From Breznakia sp. PF5-3 (GTDB lineage Bacteria; Bacillota_I; Bacilli_A; Erysipelotrichales; Erysipelotrichaceae), in NCBI RefSeq assembly GCF_029504745.1, contig NZ_JAQFIQ010000010.1:31243-63242 (forward strand): a stretch of 32,000 nucleotides of DNA, written 5' to 3'. The notes beneath the pieces are model-generated. The model did no database searches, was not told the origin of the DNA, and saw only the letters and a program-made list of their open reading frames with translations. Position numbers and translations under genes: made by a program. Each line of letters begins with the position of its first letter. Position 1 is the first letter of the stretch. Of this stretch, positions 9,819-17,709 are shown piece after piece.

Positions 9819-11753
9819 TCATATATTATTGATTTCAGAAAAAATTGCATGTAATGTTTCAAAGTCCGTACTTTTTGAAAACCTAGCAAACAATTTAGGA
9901 TTTAAAATAAACTTTGCTAACGCCTCATTAAAATGTCGTAAGTCACCAGGTGATTTTTTACTAGGTGACAAGAAAAAGATACATTTCACTTTTTTCTTTC
10001 CCCATATCATAGACTTGCTTAACATCAATACCGCAAAAATAGTTTCCTCTGTACACATTTTTACCGGATGAGGAATGGCACTATAATTCCCAAATGCAGT
10101 AGATGAAAGTTTTTCCCTTTCCAAAATATTTGTTTTTAACTCTGGAGGGATTGTCATCTTCTCTTTCAATTTATTTATAATAAATTCAATTGCTTCTTCT
10201 TCATTATTCATAGGATCTGCATAGAAAAACAAATCCTTTTTCAAATAATCTTCTATATGAAACATATCCATCTTATTATTTAAGAAGAAGGCATCCAACT
10301 CTTTATCTTTTAAATCACTTAAAAAATCATCGATATAAATAACTGGTAAATTCGTAGCTATCGGCTTATTAATCGTCGATATAACACAATCAAAATGCTT
10401 CATTGAAATCGTACGCAATTCATGGATCTGACAAGTTAAAATATCATTAATATAATCCCCGTATTGTTGTCTTAGCTTATAAACTAAAATTCTTGAACTA
10501 CATACACCCAACCCACAAACAACCAAAATATTTTTGGGTTTTTGAATATATTTCAAGCGATCTAGTGCTAAAGAAAAATACATTGCCAAATAACTTACTT
10601 CATTATCATCTAAGTTATAATTATAATTATCTAATATGATTTTTTTAGCAATTAATCCCATTTCAAAGGAAGTAGCTTGTTGGCTTTTTACTTCATCAAC
10701 AAAAGGATTGTTTGATTTTATTCCATATTTTAATCTAGTTAACATCGGTTCAAAGTGCATTGCTAGATAATTAAACACTTCTACATCCGATTTTAAATCA
10801 ATTGCTAATTTCGTATTAATTTCATCAAATATTTCACCAAGAATTTCTTCAATATCCTTCGCTAGTTGATATTGTTGATTCTTACCCGATAGCGAACGTT
10901 TCCCCAATAACTGAATTGCAATATAGATAATCTCTTCTTCTGCATCCAAAATAACAAAAAACTCTTTCAATTGGGTTACGATTGATTTCGCAATACTATA
11001 TTCTCTCGTATCCATAATAACCTTTACTTCTTCTTCATCAAACGTTATAAAATAACCTTTTTCCATTCGATGTACAGATATTAGAATATGATTTACCAAA
11101 TGTTCTCTGCTTGCATCTGACATTTGTACTTGATAAGTTTGTAAAGTGTTTAATATAATCGTTTCAGCATGACGATATTCTTCTTCTGTATATTCAAAAT
11201 CTTTCAACATAGACGTCTTATCTTGATTCATCATATATTTTGAATAGCATAAACGCAAACTCATTTCACTTCCTGCTATCCGAATACCTTTTGACGTTTT
11301 ATTTTCTATCTCCAATCCAAACCTTTGAACTAAATGTCTAACATTCTTTAAATCTGATGAGATGGTTGCATCACTTACATAAAGCTGATCAGCGATATCT
11401 GAAATCATTATAAATTGGTCATCTAACCCTAACAATATTTGAATTATAGCAATCTCTCGTGTTTGTTTTTCATCATTATTAATGCGGAATAACACTTTAA
11501 ATTGATGGTTTTTAAACTCATCAAATTGATGCTCATCATCAATTACTAACAAGTAGCCATATCCTTGTTTTGCTTCAATATGAAAACCACTTTTTCTTAT
11601 TTCTTTTTGGTCTTGTTCATACATATTAATCGTTCTAGATACTGTCTTCGCACTAATCCCCAGCTGAGTAGCCAATTCATTTGCAGAACTATAGTCTTGA
11701 TATTCATAAAGCAGCTGAATTATTTCAATAAATCTTGAACTGAATACCATCAT
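9819..11753 (-). CDS. PRD-domain, PTS-controlled transcriptional activator (LicR/MtlR-like: HTH, two PRDs, EIIB-like and EIIA-like domains)
   Basis: 644 aa with an N-terminal HTH (ELATQLGISAKTVSRTI), a central PRD-like region, an EIIB-like Cys motif VVCGLGVCSS and a C-terminal EIIA-like segment with AIPHP. Confidence 0.85.
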   Translation of the reverse strand: MMVFSSRFIEIIQLLYEYQDYSSANELATQLGISAKTVSRTINMYEQDQKEIRKSGFHIEAKQGYGYLLVIDDEHQFDEFKNHQFKVLFRINNDEKQTREIAIIQILLGLDDQFIMISDIADQLYVSDATISSDLKNVRHLVQRFGLEIENKTSKGIRIAGSEMSLRLCYSKYMMNQDKTSMLKDFEYTEEEYRHAETIILNTLQTYQVQMSDASREHLVNHILISVHRMEKGYFITFDEEEVKVIMDTREYSIAKSIVTQLKEFFVILDAEEEIIYIAIQLLGKRSLSGKNQQYQLAKDIEEILGEIFDEINTKLAIDLKSDVEVFNYLAMHFEPMLTRLKYGIKSNNPFVDEVKSQQATSFEMGLIAKKIILDNYNYNLDDNEVSYLAMYFSLALDRLKYIQKPKNILVVCGLGVCSSRILVYKLRQQYGDYINDILTCQIHELRTISMKHFDCVISTINKPIATNLPVIYIDDFLSDLKDKELDAFFLNNKMDMFHIEDYLKKDLFFYADPMNNEEEAIEFIINKLKEKMTIPPELKTNILEREKLSSTAFGNYSAIPHPVKMCTEETIFAVLMLSKSMIWGKKKVKCIFFLSPSKKSPGDLRHFNEALAKFILNPKLFARFSKSTDFETLHAIFSEINNI

Positions 11754-11779
11754 AATTCCTCCTCATTTGTATTATCTAT

Positions 11780-11875
11780 ATTATATACTGAACTCTAGAG
11801 GAAGCGTATCTAAAAAAAGTCTTTATCACTATAGACTTTTTCTAACTTAATCATTTTATCTATCTGCACTATAAT
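11780..11875. promoter_or_regulatory. Divergent promoter pair (regulator gene and IIA gene) sharing a central copy of the 18-bp operator
   Basis: Operator GTCTTTATCACTATAGAC at 11819-11836. Rightward: 10 nt, TTAATC (11847-11852), 17 nt, TATAAT (11870-11875). Leftward on the minus strand: 10 nt, TACGCT (11808-11803), 17 nt, TATAAT (11785-11780). Confidence 0.5.
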
Positions 11876-11925
11876 TTGAATATACAAAGGAAGACTATAT
11901 TGTTATCAGAAAGCGAGGAACCAAC

Positions 11926-12240
11926 ATGGAAAACTTAGAACAAATTTGTTTTGAAATAATATCAAATGTAGGAAGTGCAAGAAGTATATATATCAATGCC
12001 ATTCAAGAAGCAAAGCAAGGGGATATGGAGAAAGCTAGGGAGATGATTGAAGAAGGGAACAGTGTATTTGTTAAAGGTCATCATGCACATGCAAAACTAG
12101 TCCAAAAAGAAGCGGCAGGAGAAAGTACGATTATATCTTTGCTATTGGTTCATGCTGAAGATCAATTGATGAGTGCGGAGTCTTTTAAAATATTAGCAGT
12201 TGAATTCATTGATGTTTATAAAGCAATTGCCTTGAAATAA
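11926..12240 (+). CDS. PTS lactose/cellobiose family EIIA component
   Basis: 104-aa helical protein with the conserved His region VKGHHAHAKL and LLVHAEDQLM. Confidence 0.9.
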   Translation: MENLEQICFEIISNVGSARSIYINAIQEAKQGDMEKAREMIEEGNSVFVKGHHAHAKLVQKEAAGESTIISLLLVHAEDQLMSAESFKILAVEFIDVYKAIALK

Positions 12241-12247
12241 AATCTCA

Positions 12248-12285
12248 AACATACCACATAGTTATCTAAGTGGTATGTTTTTTAT
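12248..12285 (+). terminator. Intrinsic terminator after the IIA gene
   Basis: AAACATACCAC-12 nt loop-GTGGTATGTTT followed by TTTT. Confidence 0.75.
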
Positions 12286-12401
12286 TATAGAGTTTCGTAT
12301 TTCTAATTCTGTACAATATAAATGAAGATTCAATCACCCTTAAATTTACAAATCTCTTTTTTCACTTTATTCTTAATTTAATTACATATTGAATTCCATA
12401 A

Positions 12402-12434
12402 AAAAAGTCACTAAATTTATTAGTAACTTTTTTA
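12402..12434 (-). terminator. Terminator of the glycosylation operon
   Basis: The minus strand reads AAAAAGTTACTAAT-aaat-TTAGTGACTTTTTTT, with one mismatch, directly after the stop at 12437. Confidence 0.55.
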
Positions 12435-12436
12435 TG

Positions 12437-13090
12437 CTATTTTAAATATGGCACTAGTTCCTCATATTCAACAATATGATCTAATTTTGATAATGTCTTT
12501 TTCTGTGATTCATATACAGCTAATACTTCGCGTTTTTGATTTGCTTCTTGTTTATTTAACTTTTTTTGTTTGAAAGCAATATCATCCTTTTTAAAGTATT
12601 CACCAAAATAATATAATGTATCTTCTTTATGTAACTCTTTTACTACGTTTGTTACGATTTCATTCGTTTTTTTATGTTGGATGTGCCCATATTCACCTTG
12701 TGGATTATGCGTTACAATTCTATCCCAATCGCCAGTGATAATAATTTTTTCTACTTCTTTAGAGATCACTTCCTGTTCCTTTGACCAATTGCTTCGCTCT
12801 CCTTTTACTTTATCTGGATAGGATAAGATAACTCCTGTGTTTTTTGTTTTATCCAACATGTTTTGAAATTCTGCTTCTCGAAGCTCATTATCACCATTGG
12901 TAAGACAGACAATATAATACTCATGGTTGATAAGTTCATTACCACCAAAGAGAACTTCATCATCGGGGTGTGCCACAATCATGAGCCTTGTTTTATTTTG
13001 ATTACTACTGGCTTCATGTTTCATCACTTCGCATCCAAATAGGATAGCTACAAACAATAGACTACTTAAAAGCGCTATTGATTTACGCAT
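12437..13090 (-). CDS. PIG-L/LmbE family N-acetylglucosaminyl deacetylase with a lipoprotein signal peptide
   Basis: Family motif MIVAHPDDEVLFGG and a later HxxH-like segment (GHIQHKKT). The N-terminus MRKSIALLSSLLFVAILFGC has a classic n-region, h-region and lipobox. I prefer the ATG at 13090, which overlaps the GT2 stop; the track's GTG at 13102 is an alternative. Confidence 0.8.
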   Translation of the reverse strand: MRKSIALLSSLLFVAILFGCEVMKHEASSNQNKTRLMIVAHPDDEVLFGGNELINHEYYIVCLTNGDNELREAEFQNMLDKTKNTGVILSYPDKVKGERSNWSKEQEVISKEVEKIIITGDWDRIVTHNPQGEYGHIQHKKTNEIVTNVVKELHKEDTLYYFGEYFKKDDIAFKQKKLNKQEANQKREVLAVYESQKKTLSKLDHIVEYEELVPYLK

Positions 13091-14018
13091 GATTTTGATC
13101 ACTTTCTTTAATTATATAAATAGGACGCTTCTTATTTTCTAAATAATCTTTTGATAAATATTGTCCTAGAATGGATATAAAAATCATTTGCAAACTACTC
13201 AATACTAGAATAATCTCTAATAAGATAAGAAAATCTTTTATACCATTTTGCATAAGCAATTGGGCAATCATAACAACACCCAAAAAGCCAGCAATGAAAA
13301 GTAAGAGGATTCCAATAATACCTGCAAGTTTTAAAGGCTTTGTAGAGAAGGAAATAATTCCTTCAAAAGCATACGCAAACAGAGATTTTAAATTCCATTT
13401 TGTTTCACCAGCAACACGATCTGCATTGTTGAAGGTTACCCACTTTGTATCAAAACCAACAAAAGAGAAAATACCTTTCATATAGCGATTATATTCTTTC
13501 ATTTCCAAAATAGCATCTACTACTTGCCGTGTCATCATTCTAAAATCTCCACTTCCATCATTCATATCCATATTGGAAAGACTGCGAATAAGCTTATAAA
13601 AAGTTCTTGATAGAAAGTTACGCAATGCTCCTTCGCCTCTACGATCCAATCTTTTTCCTGCACAACAATCGTACTTCTCTACTTTCAAAGCATGATACAT
13701 ATCTGCTAATAAGGTCGGTGGATGTTGAAGGTCAGCATCCATGATGACACAATAGTCGCCTGTTACTTTTTGTAATCCAGCAAACATCGCTGCTTCTTTA
13801 CCAAAGTTTCTTGAAAAAGAATGATAATGACAATCCTTATCCTTCATTGATAATGACTTTAATATTTGAATTGTGCAATCACTACTTCCATCATCAATAA
13901 AAAGCAATTCATAACTCACATTATCAATTTTATTTAATTCTTTTACCGTCTCTTGATAGAACATTGGTAACGATTCTTCCTCATTATAACAAGGTATAAT
14001 AACACTGATTTTATCCAT
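13083..14018 (-). CDS. Family 2 glycosyltransferase, polyprenyl-phosphate sugar synthase type (CsbB/GtrB-like)
   Basis: ISVIIPCYNEEESL, DDGSSD, MDADLQHP (DXD) and two C-terminal TM helices. This is the architecture of undecaprenyl-phosphate glycosyltransferases. Confidence 0.9.
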   Translation of the reverse strand: MDKISVIIPCYNEEESLPMFYQETVKELNKIDNVSYELLFIDDGSSDCTIQILKSLSMKDKDCHYHSFSRNFGKEAAMFAGLQKVTGDYCVIMDADLQHPPTLLADMYHALKVEKYDCCAGKRLDRRGEGALRNFLSRTFYKLIRSLSNMDMNDGSGDFRMMTRQVVDAILEMKEYNRYMKGIFSFVGFDTKWVTFNNADRVAGETKWNLKSLFAYAFEGIISFSTKPLKLAGIIGILLLFIAGFLGVVMIAQLLMQNGIKDFLILLEIILVLSSLQMIFISILGQYLSKDYLENKKRPIYIIKESDQNHA

Positions 14019-14406
14019 ATGTATTTTCTCCTTTCAAAAATATTTTATTACGACAAATCATATAATTACCAAGAATAGTTATTACACTAATACTACATTT
14101 TGCAATAATTGGGTTTGCATAGAATAACTGAATAAAGATAAACAACAAGATATTCTCAATAAGCAATGTAAGTAATCGTAAAGATGCAAAAGATAAAAAT
14201 TCTTTTACTACTTTTTCAGATGAACCAAACACCCACAAACGATTGGTGAAGTATGCAGTTATCACGGCAACCATCCAAGCAACTGTATTCGCCACTAAAT
14301 AATTTACATGTATTTTATACAACAGATAAAACACAAGATAATTAACTAGGGTTGTTAGAACGCCATTGATTCCATACTTTAATAATTCTTTTACTTTTTT
14401 ACTCAT
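14011..14406 (-). CDS. GtrA family membrane protein (putative lipid-linked sugar flippase)
   Basis: 131 aa with about four TM helices and a GtrA-like N-terminus (YGINGVLTTLVNYLVFYLL). It overlaps both neighbouring genes. Confidence 0.85.
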   Translation of the reverse strand: MSKKVKELLKYGINGVLTTLVNYLVFYLLYKIHVNYLVANTVAWMVAVITAYFTNRLWVFGSSEKVVKEFLSFASLRLLTLLIENILLFIFIQLFYANPIIAKCSISVITILGNYMICRNKIFLKGENTYG

Positions 14407-16858
14407 GTTGATACCTTCTTTCTAAGATATAGATTATGATAAATCCACATAATCCAATAATTGATATAAATGCCCCTAATGTTTTTCCTGGTGGAACAAA
14501 CGTTATTTTAATCTCATGGGTTCCTTTCTCTAATGCAAACCCTACAAATGCTTTGTTGACCGTTTCAACAGGCTTTTTTTGACCATCTACATATACTTCA
14601 TATCCTTTTTGAATAGGGAGTGATGTTACAAAGTAACAATCCTTATCAACTCTAATATCGCCTTCTAAAACATGATTAGTCGAAGTCGTTTGCAAAGGTG
14701 TAATCACTTGTTTTTCTGGGTGGTAAGGCAATGTATAGGTCTGTATATTTTGTAATTCATACGTCCCTTTCCCTAACGTTATATTTAAACTATCCAATTC
14801 CTCTTCTGATGATAATACATATGTAAAGTTTGTATTACCATTTGGATAAGCTGCCTTTTTACTAGATAACTTATTATTTACACCATTGATCGATATAGAT
14901 AAGTCCTTACTTTTAATATTACTTATATTCTTCACATCAAACGTAATGATTAATATTTGCTCATGTAAATCGTGATTGATACCAAGTTTTAATTTACTTT
15001 TCTTTTTACTATCAATATAGATAGTCCCATCTTCTCTGAAATATTCTAAACAATCACTTTTCTCTAAAACATTGGTGGTAAGATTAGCTTGCTTAACACC
15101 AAATTCATACTTACTATCTCCTCCCTTAACAATTGTCCGATTGTACAATACATCTAAGGTATAAGGTAGTGAAAGCTTATCAAATGCTTCTTCACTATAC
15201 AGTGCATCCGTAGCATATGCGATTGGCAATACATTTTTATTTTCTAGAAGTTTAACTCCATCATTTTCATATACAACTTCATATCCCTTTGGAATATACT
15301 TCTTATTTGTATAAAGATAACGAACTCCCATCTTCTCTTGAAACACAATGTTTTGTTGCAAGGATGTTATGACTCGATTTTTTGTGGGAATTGCATTCTT
15401 TGCAATATCATAAAAGAATGTATTATAAGCTTGATTGTTCATTGATGTATACATCGTAGTTCGTTTCATACCCGACAATGCAAGATTTACATTATTGAGT
15501 TGATAGCGAACATCATCAAATCGATAATTTTGATTTAGATGTAGATCTTTTAACTTTTCATCCGCTTTTATCATCATGACTTCATCATACTTTTGCTTTG
15601 AAACATAATTTTCTGAATGATTGTTCCAATAACTATTCACGAAGGGAACAAGTAAAATCAACAAGTATACCATTCTTTTCTTTGTCTTCATATACAAGAT
15701 GATTGTGATATAAATAAGCACAAGTTCGACTATCCATACCACCAGAAAACGGAAATTAAGCAAAGGAAGAAGCGCGATTCCAAGAGCTGGATACATCCAT
15801 GTTTTGCCATCCCTCTTTATATGTTGCAGCACATATGCTGTAACATATAAAACAAGGGGAATGAAAGGAATAAACACTTTTTCTCTTATATATAACGTTC
15901 CATTTAATACATAACAGATAAGGCCAAACAACATACATATAAGTAAGCTTATGGATAAACCTCTTATCTTTTTATCACGTAACCCAAAACTTAAAGCAAT
16001 CCATGATATCAGACTCAAACCCATTCCATATTTATAGTAAAGAAAATTTTTAAGTTGGATATTGGGAAGCAAGAGTCGCATATCAAATCCATTACTTCCT
16101 CCTCGTGCTCCTGCCAATAAAACATAGGCCGTTGGCAACAATAAAATTCCACATATCATAAAGGCTACAAGGAAGATAAATACAAAGTTTAAGATTAATT
16201 TTTTTCCTTGCTTTGATAAAAGTTTTATATGTCGTAGTTTCATGTTATAAAAGATATAAATCATGAGTACAAAACTACAACTAACACTGAAGAAAAAGCT
16301 ATGTAAAATAATTAAGACAATACTAATTATGAAAGGAAGTTTTGATTTTCCATTGAATATTCGATCAATAAAAATAAATGATAAAATAAGATATGGCATA
16401 TAATTCACAAACATAATTTGTCTATGTAAATGAAAGAAGAAAGATGAAAAAGCAAACAACATCGTACATAGAAACGCTATCACTGTATCGATATCTTTCT
16501 GCTTTAACCAATAATACAAAAGATTTAGACTAACAATAAAAGAAATCATCATATATACAATTATTACATCCTTCATAGCTACCATTGGTAATAGCAATGA
16601 AATTAAGACATCTGGACGAAATAAACCATAATATGAAAATGCATATACATTTTGTCCTCCACCAAGTGCATCCACAAAGTTAGGAAATAAACCTTGTTCA
16701 TACATCGTTGTACGAAGTGTATCAGCTATTTGCACATGTTGTGATAACCAATCGGTATTGGAACCAAACATATAACCATTAGGGACATATAATATAATCA
16801 TCAAGATTGCAATTCCACTAATGAATAAATATGGATATATATTTTTCTTATCTTTCAT
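14399..16858 (-). CDS. YfhO family polytopic membrane glycosyltransferase
   Basis: 819 aa with an N-terminal multi-TM region of about 400 aa, a large extracytoplasmic C-terminal domain and a terminal TM anchor. The SD is GGAGGAG. Confidence 0.85.
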   Translation of the reverse strand: MKDKKNIYPYLFISGIAILMIILYVPNGYMFGSNTDWLSQHVQIADTLRTTMYEQGLFPNFVDALGGGQNVYAFSYYGLFRPDVLISLLLPMVAMKDVIIVYMMISFIVSLNLLYYWLKQKDIDTVIAFLCTMLFAFSSFFFHLHRQIMFVNYMPYLILSFIFIDRIFNGKSKLPFIISIVLIILHSFFFSVSCSFVLMIYIFYNMKLRHIKLLSKQGKKLILNFVFIFLVAFMICGILLLPTAYVLLAGARGGSNGFDMRLLLPNIQLKNFLYYKYGMGLSLISWIALSFGLRDKKIRGLSISLLICMLFGLICYVLNGTLYIREKVFIPFIPLVLYVTAYVLQHIKRDGKTWMYPALGIALLPLLNFRFLVVWIVELVLIYITIILYMKTKKRMVYLLILLVPFVNSYWNNHSENYVSKQKYDEVMMIKADEKLKDLHLNQNYRFDDVRYQLNNVNLALSGMKRTTMYTSMNNQAYNTFFYDIAKNAIPTKNRVITSLQQNIVFQEKMGVRYLYTNKKYIPKGYEVVYENDGVKLLENKNVLPIAYATDALYSEEAFDKLSLPYTLDVLYNRTIVKGGDSKYEFGVKQANLTTNVLEKSDCLEYFREDGTIYIDSKKKSKLKLGINHDLHEQILIITFDVKNISNIKSKDLSISINGVNNKLSSKKAAYPNGNTNFTYVLSSEEELDSLNITLGKGTYELQNIQTYTLPYHPEKQVITPLQTTSTNHVLEGDIRVDKDCYFVTSLPIQKGYEVYVDGQKKPVETVNKAFVGFALEKGTHEIKITFVPPGKTLGAFISIIGLCGFIIIYILERRYQHE

Positions 16859-16891
16859 CGTTCTCCTCCGTACGATATTATTTTGTCATAG

Positions 16892-16945
16892 ATTTCTTAA
16901 GTCCCGCATAAAGGAAACCTTAAGAAATCTTAAGTTTTTCTTAAT
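16892..16945. promoter_or_regulatory. Phased CTTAAG repeats / 10-bp inverted repeat; candidate response-regulator binding sites
   Basis: CTTAAG at 16896, 16919 and 16929, and CTTAAT at 16940 (spacings 23, 10 and 11 bp). ATTTCTTAAG (16892-16901) and CTTAAGAAAT (16919-16928) form a perfect inverted repeat. The cluster lies between the divergent yfhO-type operon and the two-component system, just upstream of a weak -35 / TATAAT (16972-16977). Confidence 0.45.
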
Positions 16946-17010
16946 ATTATCCATAACCCCTTATCTTATTGTATAATTTATGTAGATTTAAATAGAGATG
17001 AGAGGTATCT

Positions 17011-17709
17011 GTGGAAAAAACAAAAATCTTAATTGCCGATGATAATAGCGAAATAAGAGAAGTCATTTCTGTTCTTCTTAGTAGTGAAGGCTATGAAGTA
17101 ATCGAAGCTAAAAACGGAGAAGAAGCAATCGAAAAAGCGAATGAAGATATTGATCTATTCATTTTGGATATTATGATGCCAAAAGTAAATGGATATCAAG
17201 CATGTATTGGAATTCGTAAAAAAAGTCATGCTCCAGTTTTATTTCTCAGTGCCAAAGGTGCTGAAAGCGATAAAACATTGGGATTCTCTTCTGGTGCAGA
17301 TGACTACCTGACAAAACCATTCTCTTACAATGAGCTTACTGCTAGAGTAAAAGCAATGCTCCGTCGCTATCATATATATAAGGGAAAAGAGGCGTTACAA
17401 GAAGAAAAGAGTATTCTAAAATTTACTTCTCTAACCATCGATGAAATAAATGAGAAAGTTTTTATTGATAACACAGAAATTGAACTAACTGATATCGAAT
17501 ATCAAATTCTTCATTTATTGGCAACTCATCGCCAACAAATCTTTTCATTAGAAAAACTATATGAAACCATTTGGAATGAAGATTACTACTATACTGCAAA
17601 TAATACTGTAATGGTCCATATGCGTAACTTACGTAAAAAAATTGAAAAGGATCCTCAAAATCCTAAGATTATAAAAACTATATGGGGAAAGGGGTATCGC
17701 TTTGAATAA
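17011..17709 (+). CDS. OmpR/PhoB family response regulator
   Basis: Receiver domain (ILIADDN, LFILDIMMPKVNG, SAKG) followed by a winged-helix domain (TIWGKGYRF). GTG start preceded by GAGAGG. Confidence 0.92.
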   Translation: MEKTKILIADDNSEIREVISVLLSSEGYEVIEAKNGEEAIEKANEDIDLFILDIMMPKVNGYQACIGIRKKSHAPVLFLSAKGAESDKTLGFSSGADDYLTKPFSYNELTARVKAMLRRYHIYKGKEALQEEKSILKFTSLTIDEINEKVFIDNTEIELTDIEYQILHLLATHRQQIFSLEKLYETIWNEDYYYTANNTVMVHMRNLRKKIEKDPQNPKIIKTIWGKGYRFE

